From positions 1 through 56,395 of IMG/VR virus record IMGVR_UViG_3300026037_000015: a stretch of DNA of 56,395 nucleotides; one strand, 5' to 3'. This stretch comes from a virus. Taxonomy: Duplodnaviria; Caudoviricetes. Shown piece after piece: positions 16,699 through 25,485 of this stretch. The translations under genes were made by a program, and so were the position numbers. Each line of letters starts with the position of its first letter. Within the stretch, counting starts at the first letter, position 1. Below the pieces are notes generated by a model. The model was not told the origin of the DNA, did no database searches, and saw nothing but the letters and a program-made list of their open reading frames with translations.

Positions 16699-17034
16699 AT
16701 GAGCACCACCCGCGCCCTCACCGCTCAGCAGGCCGCCGCCGCCGGAGGCCGCACCTGGACCCACCCCCAGACCGGCGCCACCCGCGTCTACCTCCCCGAC
16801 ACCGTGATCGCCGAGGCCATCGGCCTGGAGTACGAGAGGTACCGGTCCGGGAACATCTGGTGGGCCACCCTCCGGGGAGCGAAGCTCTCCAACGCCCGCG
16901 CGACGAACCTGCTCGGAGCCTCCTGCTGGGTCGAGGACGACACCCTCCACGTCCAGCTCCGCGACTCCCGGGACGTCACCCCCGACCAGCTCGCCGACGC
17001 CATCGTCGGCTGGTGCGAGACCCACAGCAACTGA
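16699..17034 (+). CDS. hypothetical protein
   Basis: ACAGGAG RBS. Confidence 0.7.
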   Translation: MSTTRALTAQQAAAAGGRTWTHPQTGATRVYLPDTVIAEAIGLEYERYRSGNIWWATLRGAKLSNARATNLLGASCWVEDDTLHVQLRDSRDVTPDQLADAIVGWCETHSN

Positions 17035-17040
17035 CCAACC

Positions 17041-17077
17041 GGCCGGGCCCCCCCGCAGTCCGCAGGGGGGCCCGGCC
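17041..17077 (+). terminator. GC-rich hairpin
   Basis: GGCCGGGCCCCCC...GGGGGGCCCGGCC. Confidence 0.5.
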
Positions 17078-17097
17078 CGACCTGGAAGGACCCCCCG

Positions 17098-17421
17098 ATG
17101 CCCCGCCTCGGCCAGCCCCGGCGCAAGCCACCCGGTGACCTCTCCCCCCAGTCCTGGCGGGCCCTGATCACCCTCGCCCTGAACGACGACGTCCGGCAGA
17201 CACCAGCCCCCCGAGCCCAGCGCGTTACCGGGGTCTCCCACGGCATCAACCCCAGGCACCTCGCCCCGCTCCTCGTCCACGGCTGGGCCCGAGCCACCGG
17301 CGAACGCCCCCGGCTGCGCTACCGGATCACGGCAGCCGGCCAGAACCTGATCGACGACTACCCCGACATGGTCGAGGCCTACGCCCCGGCCGACGCTCTC
17401 ACGACAGGACCGACACCATGA
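17098..17421 (+). CDS. hypothetical protein, possible winged-helix
   Basis: GGAAGGA RBS; L..L..HGW...YRITAAG resembles the end of a wHTH. Confidence 0.6.
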   Translation: MPRLGQPRRKPPGDLSPQSWRALITLALNDDVRQTPAPRAQRVTGVSHGINPRHLAPLLVHGWARATGERPRLRYRITAAGQNLIDDYPDMVEAYAPADALTTGPTP

Positions 17422-17876
17422 GCCACCCACACGACGTCACCGCGTTCCTGAGCTGCCAGGAGGTCGCAGCCGACGCACGCGAAGGCCTCCGCACCGCAGA
17501 CCAGGCGATCCACGCCGCGCTCCAGACCCGCCGCGACACCCTCACCGTCCTCCAGGCCGTCCAGGGCAGGTCGACGATCCTGCGGATGACGGGCTGGGTC
17601 GACCCCACCGACCCCGACCCCGACCAGGAGTCCCGCCGTCCCGTCACCCAGGTCAACCTCTCCCCCCGCGCCGCCGCCGTATTCGTCGAGGCCGAGGCCG
17701 TCCTCCAGGAGCTGCTCGAGGTCCTCGACATCACGATCGCGGCCCAGCACCGTCACCGCGACGCGGCGACCCGCGACCTGCGGATCGCCGTTGTCTCCCC
17801 GCCCTTCGCCCGGGTCTTCGCCCCGGACGACACGGACGACTGCCCCGAGCCGACCACGACCACCGCACCGCAGTGA
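17418..17876 (+). CDS. hypothetical protein
   Basis: ATGA coupling, RBS. Confidence 0.65.
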   Translation: MSHPHDVTAFLSCQEVAADAREGLRTADQAIHAALQTRRDTLTVLQAVQGRSTILRMTGWVDPTDPDPDQESRRPVTQVNLSPRAAAVFVEAEAVLQELLEVLDITIAAQHRHRDAATRDLRIAVVSPPFARVFAPDDTDDCPEPTTTTAPQ

Positions 17877-18118
17877 GCAAGTACCTGATCGTGCGCCGCC
17901 CCCGCCCCGGGTGGGCGATCATCGACGTCGACGGGAAAGAGCAGCCCTGGCGGCACACCGTCGTCCACCAGGGGTGGACCTGCGTCGTCTCCGGTGCCGC
18001 GATTCCCCCCCGGGCCCTCGCCTACATGCCGGTCCGGCCGTCGAGCTACTCACCCCAGCCCCGCATCGCGGCCTCCGTCATCGACGACCTCACCTACGGC
18101 CCGGACGGATCCCGATGA
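17873..18118 (+). CDS. hypothetical protein
   Basis: GTGA coupling. Confidence 0.55.
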   Translation: MSKYLIVRRPRPGWAIIDVDGKEQPWRHTVVHQGWTCVVSGAAIPPRALAYMPVRPSSYSPQPRIAASVIDDLTYGPDGSR

Positions 18119-18303
18119 CCGACCCCCACCTCGACAACACCGCGCCGCCCTCGGTCGCGCACCTGCCTGCCCCCCTGAGCGAGGAGACAGCGACCGCGAT
18201 GTTCGGCCCACAGTGCCCCGACTGCGGCTGGCGACGCGGCAGACACCGCCCAGCCGGCGCCTGGACAGCCCCCTGCCCGACCACCCGACAGGACGACCGA
18301 TGA
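18115..18303 (+). CDS. small hypothetical protein (CPDCG)
   Basis: ATGA coupling at both ends. Confidence 0.5.
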   Translation: MTDPHLDNTAPPSVAHLPAPLSEETATAMFGPQCPDCGWRRGRHRPAGAWTAPCPTTRQDDR

Positions 18304-18641
18304 CCAAGCCCACCGGGCCCGAACTCCTCTACCAGACAGCCACCTACGACGTCCGAGACCTCGGCCTCACCATGACCGCCGTCCTCTCGGGCCGACGCCG
18401 GACGATCGCCCCCCGCACCGTCGAGATCAACACCTATCCCAGCGGCCGGATCACCGTCCTGGCCCGAGGGCAGGTCATCCGCGCCGACGGCACCAGGAGC
18501 AGCACCAGCCGCGCCATCGACTACCACGTGGCCGGTCCCCGACACACGTGGTGCGACGAGCTGCAGATCGGCGACGCCCCAGCCTGGCTCAAGACCCTGG
18601 TCGACCAGGCCCACCCCAACACAGACGGAGCCCCCTCATGA
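18300..18641 (+). CDS. hypothetical protein
   Basis: ACAGGA RBS, ATGA coupling. Confidence 0.65.
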   Translation: MTKPTGPELLYQTATYDVRDLGLTMTAVLSGRRRTIAPRTVEINTYPSGRITVLARGQVIRADGTRSSTSRAIDYHVAGPRHTWCDELQIGDAPAWLKTLVDQAHPNTDGAPS

Positions 18642-19015
18642 CCGCCCCCACACGCTGGCCGGACACCACCGGGCAGGCCACCCCACGCGACCCCGACCCG
18701 GAGACCGCCGTCGCCTGGATCATCGGCCGCCACCCCCGGGTCGCAGCGCTCATCGACCGGATCCCCGGAGCCGTCGAGACCATCACCGACCAGGGCACCA
18801 CCGAGGCCTACCTCGACCTCCACGCGCTCGCGTCAGCCATCAACCTGCACATCCCCGCGTACCAGGTGATGTCCAGCGGCGAGAAGGCCCTCCTCTCCTC
18901 GGTCGCAGCTCTCGGATGGACCCCCGTCCTCTTCAGCGCTGCGTCCTGGGACCGCCTCGACGACGACGGCCAGCGGTTCGTCCGCGACTGGCTGACCGCG
19001 GCCCGCTTCCGGTGA
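18638..19015 (+). CDS. hypothetical protein
   Basis: GGAG RBS, ATGA coupling. Confidence 0.65.
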   Translation: MTAPTRWPDTTGQATPRDPDPETAVAWIIGRHPRVAALIDRIPGAVETITDQGTTEAYLDLHALASAINLHIPAYQVMSSGEKALLSSVAALGWTPVLFSAASWDRLDDDGQRFVRDWLTAARFR

Positions 19016-19182
19016 CCGGCCGCTACGGGACCCGCTACCAGGAGTCAGAGGCCCTACTCGCCGTCCAGTCCGGGGACGAGGACGCTGCCCGGGAGATCCT
19101 CACCGGGATGCTCCCCCGGGAACGGTGGGAGCTGGCACGAGCAGCGGACCGTCTCTCCGAGCTGGCCACCGAGCCCACGTAG
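19012..19182 (+). CDS. small hypothetical protein
   Basis: GTGA coupling. Confidence 0.5.
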   Translation: MTGRYGTRYQESEALLAVQSGDEDAAREILTGMLPRERWELARAADRLSELATEPT

Positions 19183-19308
19183 CCGGCCACCACCTCCTGA
19201 CCGCCCGGCCCCTGCCCCCACCATCCGGGGACAGGGGCCGAGGCATGTCCCCGGACGGCCCCACGATGACCACGACCCGATGAATCCTCCGACCAGGGCG
19301 GTGACCCG

Positions 19309-19944
19309 ATGAGTCCCCAGGACCCAGGCTGGTACTGCTCAGCGACGTCCAAGCGCACCGGGAAACCCTGCCGGGCCCGGGCGGGGAGAGGCACCGAGCA
19401 CGTCGGGGCAGGCCTGTGCTCCCACCACGGAGGCAACTCCCCGGGCGGCCGGATCCAAGCCGGGCGGGTCATCGCCGGGCGGTTCGCCGCGAAGCACGCC
19501 GTCCCCCTGCGCGGTGCCGACGCTGTCGAGCAGCTCCAGGACGCGCTGGAGCGATCGGCCGGGCGGGTCGTCTGGCTCCGGATCCAGGTCGAGGACCTGG
19601 AGCCCGCTGACCTCGTCCGAGGCACCACCCTGGTCCGGCGAACCGAGGAAACCCCCGCAGGGCCCAGGCCCGGGCCTGGATCCGTCGTCACCCTCACCGA
19701 GGCCAAGCCGGGCAAGCACATGTGGTGGCGGCTCCTGATGGAGGAGGAGGACCGGCTCCGGTCGATCGCTCGGGACCTCGCCCACGTCAAGGCCGTCATG
19801 ACCCGCCTGGAGGGCCCCGGCGCGGCCGACGTCGAGCGGGAGGCCGAGGAGATCGTCGCCCAGGTCCTCGACCTCGCGCCGGTCCTCCGGCGGCAGGCTG
19901 ACCTCGCCGTGCGGCCGGCCACGGGCAGGGCGAGGCAGGCGTAG
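19309..19944 (+). CDS. probable terminase small subunit (HGGxS zinc-binding N-terminus)
   Basis: CSATSKRTGKPC...CSHHGGNSP; two genes upstream of the large terminase. Confidence 0.7.
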   Translation: MSPQDPGWYCSATSKRTGKPCRARAGRGTEHVGAGLCSHHGGNSPGGRIQAGRVIAGRFAAKHAVPLRGADAVEQLQDALERSAGRVVWLRIQVEDLEPADLVRGTTLVRRTEETPAGPRPGPGSVVTLTEAKPGKHMWWRLLMEEEDRLRSIARDLAHVKAVMTRLEGPGAADVEREAEEIVAQVLDLAPVLRRQADLAVRPATGRARQA

Positions 19945-19975
19945 GGGTGTCCCCTCGACCGGTGACCATGCCCAC

Positions 19976-20485
19976 GTGACAGCATCCCGATCGGCAAGCA
20001 GCCTGCCGGTCGTGATCGAGCAGCTCGGGGACGGCCGGGTGCGGGTGACCTCTCCCGCCCTGGTCGGGTGGGTCATCATCGGGCGAGGAGCAGACACGGT
20101 GGTCCGGGCCGTCAGCGAGGGGTTCCGGGAGCTGGCCGTCGCCCGGTACGCGGCCTCTCGCGGCGTGGCCTATGACCTCTCCCCCCTCGGTGTCGACGAG
20201 GCCGGAGACAGGCACCCGCGGACTCGCAGGGCAGGGCGGGTCTACCGGCGGGCCCACGACCCCGCCGACTGGACGCCCCTACCTGACGGGTCCTGGCGGG
20301 CCCCAGGTGGCGCGAGCTACCCGCCGATGGCCGCGGTCGTCGCCCGGGTCATCGCAGCCCGGGCAGCCCGGGGGCTTTCGACGTGCCACCCCGATGCCCC
20401 GGAGGACGTCGAGTCTCAGTGGGAGAGGTGGACGTCTCCCGTCACCGGTAAGGCCATGTGGCGACGCCGGAGGCCCCCCTCGTGA
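19976..20485 (+). CDS. hypothetical protein
   Basis: ORF coupled to the large terminase. Confidence 0.55.
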   Translation: MTASRSASSLPVVIEQLGDGRVRVTSPALVGWVIIGRGADTVVRAVSEGFRELAVARYAASRGVAYDLSPLGVDEAGDRHPRTRRAGRVYRRAHDPADWTPLPDGSWRAPGGASYPPMAAVVARVIAARAARGLSTCHPDAPEDVESQWERWTSPVTGKAMWRRRRPPS

Positions 20486-22266
20486 GTGAGCCGGCTGGCG
20501 ACCGGGTGCCCCTCGCGGATCAGGTGGCCGACCTGCACTGGTCCCTGGAAGCACTCCAGCGAGGGACGGCAGGGCTACCCGCCCGGCACCGGGCTGCCGC
20601 CTACTCCAGGTGGCGGGCCCGGGCCGTCAAGGTCTCTCCGGGGGTGTTGGCCCGGGCCGTCGACCCGCTGACCGTCCAGACCCCCGCGCTGGACCTGATC
20701 GACGAGATCCTCCTCGACGTAGCCGAGGGTCGCAGCGACCGGGTCATCATCACGATGCCCCCCCAGGAGGGCAAGAGCACCCGCTGCGCGCGGGTCGGTC
20801 CCCTGTGGTTCTTGGCCCGGGACCCCGAGCTGCGCGTGGCGATCGGCTCCTACGCCGACACCCTGGCGATGGGGCACGGCCGGTGGATCCGCGACACCGT
20901 CCTTCAGCACGGCTCGGATGCCTCGACCCGCCGCGGCTCCCGCGACATCCTCGGCATTCGCGTCGACCCGGCCAGCTCCGCGAAGGGCGAGTGGGACCTC
21001 TACGAGCACCGGGGAGGAGTCAAGGCCGTCGGTGTCGGGGCAGGCCTGACGGGTTTTCCTGTCGACATCATGATCGTCGACGACCCGGTGAAGGACCGGA
21101 AACAGGCCGACTCCCTGACCTACCGCAACGCGGTCTGGGACTGGTGGACGGAGGTCGTGATCCCCCGTCTCGCCCCCGGCGGCGCCGTCATCCTCGTCAT
21201 GACCCGCTGGCACGAGGACGACCTGGCCGGCCGACTCATCGCCCAGGACGAGGCCCTGCCGCAGGGCGAGCAGGAGTGGCGGGTCATCCACATCCCAGCC
21301 GAGTGCGAGGACCCAGCGACGGACCCCCTCGGCCGCGGGCTCGGAGAGTTCCTCGCCTCGGCCCGGCGCCGCACCAGCGACCAGTGGCGGCGGATCAAGA
21401 TCTCCGTCGGGGCCCGGGCCTGGGCAGCTCTCTACCAGGGCCACCCCTCCCCGGTCGAGGGCGGGATCTTCCAGTGGGACTGGATCCGGCCGTTCCGGAC
21501 CCGTGCCGCGCCTGCGCTCTCCCGGGTCGTCGTCGCCGTCGACCCGACCGGAGGCGGCCACGACGCGGCGGGCATCGTCACCGCGGGCATCGGCGCCGAT
21601 CGCAGGACCTACGTCCTCGGGGACCGGTCCTCCCGGCACACGGCCGGAGGGCAGTGGCGTGCCGCGTGGTGCGCCGTCCTCGACCACCAGGCCGACGTGC
21701 TGGTCTACGAGAAGAACCTCGTCGACCCGGTGATGCGCAAGGCGGTCCCCGCGTCCTGGGCCCGGATGCGCCAGCAGGCAACCGCGCTCGCCGCTACTGG
21801 CGTAATCGCGGCACCGGAAGGCACCGAGCTGCGACCCCTCATCCTCGCGGCGGCCGAGACCCTCGCCGTCGGAGGAGGAGATGACGACGTCGCCTCGGCC
21901 ACCGACCCGGCCGAGGTCCTCGCCGGCCAACTGGAGGAGCTGCTGCCCTACGCCGCCCGCGTCCTCGACTCCCCAGCACTAGGCCCCGCCCGCGTCGAGG
22001 GAGTCTCCGCGACCCGCGGGAAACGCACCCGCGCGGAGCCCTGCGCCCAGGCCTACGAGACCGGCCAGGTCAGTCACGTCGGGGTGTTCCCCGCGCTGGA
22101 GGCCGAGCTGGTCACCTGGCAGGAAGGCATGGACTCCCCGAACCGCCTGGACGCCCTCGTCTGGGCCTGGACGTACCTCAACCGGCACACCCCCGGCGCG
22201 GTGACCTCCCCAGCCAGGGGAGGCCAGCGGGTCCCCCGAGGCCCCGCGGCCGCGCGCCGCCGGTAG
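20482..22266 (+). CDS. terL: terminase large subunit
   Basis: Walker A MPPQEGKS, Walker B IVDDPVKD, MTRWHEDDL, YQGHP, nuclease VAVDP...AGIV, K..RA and SPNRLDALVWA. Confidence 0.95.
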   Translation: MSEPAGDRVPLADQVADLHWSLEALQRGTAGLPARHRAAAYSRWRARAVKVSPGVLARAVDPLTVQTPALDLIDEILLDVAEGRSDRVIITMPPQEGKSTRCARVGPLWFLARDPELRVAIGSYADTLAMGHGRWIRDTVLQHGSDASTRRGSRDILGIRVDPASSAKGEWDLYEHRGGVKAVGVGAGLTGFPVDIMIVDDPVKDRKQADSLTYRNAVWDWWTEVVIPRLAPGGAVILVMTRWHEDDLAGRLIAQDEALPQGEQEWRVIHIPAECEDPATDPLGRGLGEFLASARRRTSDQWRRIKISVGARAWAALYQGHPSPVEGGIFQWDWIRPFRTRAAPALSRVVVAVDPTGGGHDAAGIVTAGIGADRRTYVLGDRSSRHTAGGQWRAAWCAVLDHQADVLVYEKNLVDPVMRKAVPASWARMRQQATALAATGVIAAPEGTELRPLILAAAETLAVGGGDDDVASATDPAEVLAGQLEELLPYAARVLDSPALGPARVEGVSATRGKRTRAEPCAQAYETGQVSHVGVFPALEAELVTWQEGMDSPNRLDALVWAWTYLNRHTPGAVTSPARGGQRVPRGPAAARRR

Positions 22267-22328
22267 GTGTCCTACCTCCGGTCGACGATGGGCAGGTAAC
22301 CCCATCGGCAACCCCTGGAGCGAGCCCC

Positions 22329-23108
22329 GTGACCTCGTCCGTCTCCGCAGGGCCCCTGATCGCCTCGATCACCGTCGAGCTGCTCGACCTCAGGCAGGGG
22401 CTCGCCTCGACCCTCCCCCACCTGGACCGGGCGAAGGACGCCCCGAGCCAGCACTCCCACCTGCACGTCACAGTCGACCCGAGCACCAGGCTGGCCAGCA
22501 TCACCGCGTCCAACGGGCACTACAGCCTCGGCCTGGCCCTGGTCTCCGTCACCGACTCCACCCCGCTGACTGCCCCCCTCCGGCTCGACCTCGACCGAGG
22601 CACCGCCGACGACATCCTGAGGATCTTCCCGAGCCGCGACCTCAGCCCCGACAACCAGCTCCAGATCGACATCCACGAGCAGTACGTCGTCGCGACCGAC
22701 GTCGGCGGGCTGATCGCAGGCAAACAGGGCCGGTGGCCCAGGGCCCCCCTCGACGACATGCCGGTCGACTTCGTCTCCGTCATCCGGGACGCGCTCCAGC
22801 GGGTAGAGGACCGGGTCGTCGTGCCGAGGTCGGAGCCGGCCACCTACGACTACCGGTGCGGCGCGAAGGCCGTCGCCATGTTCCGGGCTGCCGGTGAGGC
22901 CTACGGGACGCCGCTGCGGATCCAGTCGACGGGCAGCACCAGCCCGGTCCTCGTCTCGGCTGGCGACAGCTTCCTGGGGCTGCTCATCCAGCCGACGCTC
23001 TCCGACCGGGAACAGGCAGACGAGGCGACGGCCCGGCGCGGGTGGCTCCAGCGGCTCCAGGTCGTCACGCCAACCACGGAGGCAACCCGAGAGCTGGTCT
23101 CGTCGTGA
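22329..23108 (+). CDS. hypothetical protein, possible sliding-clamp (beta)-like fold
   Basis: L..GL.S.LPH, ASNGHYSLG, PVLV..G..FLGLL resemble clamp-like actinophage proteins; weak call. Confidence 0.45.
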   Translation: MTSSVSAGPLIASITVELLDLRQGLASTLPHLDRAKDAPSQHSHLHVTVDPSTRLASITASNGHYSLGLALVSVTDSTPLTAPLRLDLDRGTADDILRIFPSRDLSPDNQLQIDIHEQYVVATDVGGLIAGKQGRWPRAPLDDMPVDFVSVIRDALQRVEDRVVVPRSEPATYDYRCGAKAVAMFRAAGEAYGTPLRIQSTGSTSPVLVSAGDSFLGLLIQPTLSDREQADEATARRGWLQRLQVVTPTTEATRELVSS

Positions 23109-23494
23109 CCGCCGTCGAGCCCCGCCCGGAGGCAGCTACGGTCCCGGAGGATTCGCCGGTCACGGTCCTGCGGTGCTACCCGACCGCCGTGGTCCTCCCG
23201 ACCGGACCGGTCTACGGGAGGGCCCTCGTCCACGTCACGAGGTCCCGCATTTACGTCTGGACGTCTGTGTCGCCGTCCGGTGACCCCCTCGACCCCCGGG
23301 CCCTGGCCTACGTCGCTGACCTCGTCGACGGCCAGGACATCCCCTCACGGCTGCCGGCCAGCGTCCGGGACACCGTCAACGTCCTCGTCGGCCCCGGAGA
23401 GGCCGTCGTTATCTCCCGGGCCCGAGGGTGCACCTGCAACGCGCTCGCCCGGTGGAAGCCGTTCTCGCCAGACCTCACCGGAGGCATCCGATGA
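23105..23494 (+). CDS. hypothetical protein
   Basis: GTGA coupling; C-terminal GCTC. Confidence 0.6.
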   Translation: MTAVEPRPEAATVPEDSPVTVLRCYPTAVVLPTGPVYGRALVHVTRSRIYVWTSVSPSGDPLDPRALAYVADLVDGQDIPSRLPASVRDTVNVLVGPGEAVVISRARGCTCNALARWKPFSPDLTGGIR

Positions 23495-24069
23495 GGGAGG
23501 ACACCTGCCACACCTACTGGGCTCGGTGCCTGACCTGCGACCCGCAGCACGTCGAGCCCTTCACCGGCCCCGGAGCCGTCGACCGGTCCGCGAACTGGGC
23601 CAGCAACCACATCCGCCAGGGACACACAGCAGAGCAGGGATGCTCCGTCAGCCACGACCCGGCGACGTGCTTCGACTGCACAGCAGGCATCCAGCACCAG
23701 GGAGGCCCCGCTCCGGAGCAGCTCCTCACCGTCCTGGACGTCCCCGACACCGGGCACGTGATCTTCGTGTTGCACCTCGCCCCGAGCGATTCCGCGGAGT
23801 CCACCGAGTCTGTCGTCGAGGCAGTAGCCCACGTGGCCGGCCAGGCCGCCCCCGGCAGGTCCACCGCCGTCGTACTCGCCGCCGGAGCATCCTTCGAGAT
23901 CTTGACCGAGGAGGAACTCGCTGCCGCCGGTCTGCGCAGGGTGCTGCCCCCGCTGTCCCGGCTGGCCACAGGTGACGAGCCCGGCGAGCTGGTCGACTGC
24001 CCGAACTGCTCGGGCGACGGAGTGCTCCTCATCCCCCGCCCGGGCCCAGACCAGGATGCGCCCCGGTGA
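23491..24069 (+). CDS. Cys-rich hypothetical protein
   Basis: GGAGG RBS; CLTC, CFDC, CPNCSGDG. Confidence 0.6.
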   Translation: MREDTCHTYWARCLTCDPQHVEPFTGPGAVDRSANWASNHIRQGHTAEQGCSVSHDPATCFDCTAGIQHQGGPAPEQLLTVLDVPDTGHVIFVLHLAPSDSAESTESVVEAVAHVAGQAAPGRSTAVVLAAGASFEILTEEELAAAGLRRVLPPLSRLATGDEPGELVDCPNCSGDGVLLIPRPGPDQDAPR

Positions 24070-24181
24070 CCCCCGACCGGTGCCCCCACCCCCGATGCGG
24101 CGCCATCGAGATCGACGACGACGGGACCTGCCGCGCCTGCGGGCACCCGCGGCGGCCCGCCGGTGAGCCGGCCACCCGCCG

Positions 24182-24649
24182 GTGAACGCCAGCGCGGCAC
24201 GAGACATCGTCCTGGCCCGGGCCGGAGGAGCCTGCGAGCTGTGCGGGTGCACCGGAGAGACCCTCGACTGGGCGCACCGGATCGCCCGGACCCGCGGCGG
24301 CACCTGGACCCCGGCGAACGGCCTGCGACTGTGCCGTAGCTGCCACAACGTCTGCCACGCCAACCCGATCGAGGCCCACCGCGCGGGGCTCATGATCCCG
24401 TCCGGGGTCATCGACCCCTGTGACTGGCCCGTCTACCTCGGGCCACGAGACCTCACCCCCGGCTGGTGGCTCCTCGACGACCAGGAGCCGCTGCTCATAC
24501 CGCTCGACCGGAGACCGGTCCCCGACCTGATCTGGCTCGCCCTGACCGTGCACGGACTGGAGGCCCCATGGACCGGGACGCACTGGATGAGCCCCCGACG
24601 ACCGTCCTCCGTCGGCCGCCTCGCGCCGCGCGTTGGCTGCCCCCGGTAG
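24182..24649 (+). CDS. HNH endonuclease
   Basis: CELCG...HRIARTRGG...NGLRLCRSCH. Confidence 0.85.
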   Translation: MNASAARDIVLARAGGACELCGCTGETLDWAHRIARTRGGTWTPANGLRLCRSCHNVCHANPIEAHRAGLMIPSGVIDPCDWPVYLGPRDLTPGWWLLDDQEPLLIPLDRRPVPDLIWLALTVHGLEAPWTGTHWMSPRRPSSVGRLAPRVGCPR

Positions 24650-25170
24650 ACCTCCAGGTCGCGACGGACAAGGCCAGGCCGCGGGTCTACCGGCTGCCGC
24701 CGCTGCGACGGCCCCGCCGCCCCCCGACGTCGACGCTGACGCGGCTACGCCGGTCCGAGCCTCTCTGGTGGCACCTCGGGGCCCTGGTCCTCGTCCTGGT
24801 CCTCGCCCCCGTCATCTGGCACGTCACCGGCCAGCAGGACCAGGAGCAGGCCTCGACGGGGGTCGTCATCGCCCGGCACACCGACGTCTGCGATGACCGG
24901 GCCTGCTGGGGGTTCCCCTGGCTGGACGTCCAGGTCGGCGGGTCGGTCGTCCTCTACGACATCCCCCCCGGTGACTGGCGGCTGATGGAGCCCGGATACG
25001 ACCACCAGGCCAAGTGCCGACGCGGGGCGATCGCCTACCTGCATCCGACCGAGCACCGGATCACGTCATGCGAGCCGTACACGGACTACGTGACCCGCAT
25101 GGGCTGCGGCTGGACCGGACCCGACCCGGCGAACCTGACCTGGGTCTGCACCCGGATGGCCGGCCAGTGA
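24568..25170 (+). CDS. single-TM membrane protein
   Basis: GGAGG RBS; WWHLGALVLVLVLAPVIW TM; start uncertain. Confidence 0.55.
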   Translation: MDRDALDEPPTTVLRRPPRAARWLPPVDLQVATDKARPRVYRLPPLRRPRRPPTSTLTRLRRSEPLWWHLGALVLVLVLAPVIWHVTGQQDQEQASTGVVIARHTDVCDDRACWGFPWLDVQVGGSVVLYDIPPGDWRLMEPGYDHQAKCRRGAIAYLHPTEHRITSCEPYTDYVTRMGCGWTGPDPANLTWVCTRMAGQ

Positions 25171-25472
25171 CCGGCCTCCTCACGGCCGTCCCGGTCGCCG
25201 TCTGGCTCCTCATCGACGCGCTCGCCTGCTACCGGGCGACGCGCCTGGTGACTCGCGACTCCGTGCCGATCTTCCGGGTGCCCCGTGATGCTGTCCTCGA
25301 CCGGTGGGGTGACTCTGCGATTGGCGAGTGGGTGACGTGCCCGTGGTGCATGAGCATCTGGCTGGCGGCCCCGATCGTCGCCGCCCGGATCCTCGCCCCC
25401 CAGTGGTGGACCCCACTGGCGCTGGTTCTGACCTACTCGGCCATCACGGGGTGGCTGTCCGGACGAGAGTGA
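25167..25472 (+). CDS. DUF1360-like membrane protein
   Basis: YRATRLVTRD...CPWCMSIW. Confidence 0.75.
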   Translation: MTGLLTAVPVAVWLLIDALACYRATRLVTRDSVPIFRVPRDAVLDRWGDSAIGEWVTCPWCMSIWLAAPIVAARILAPQWWTPLALVLTYSAITGWLSGRE

Positions 25473-25485
25473 TCGGAGGCGGGGC

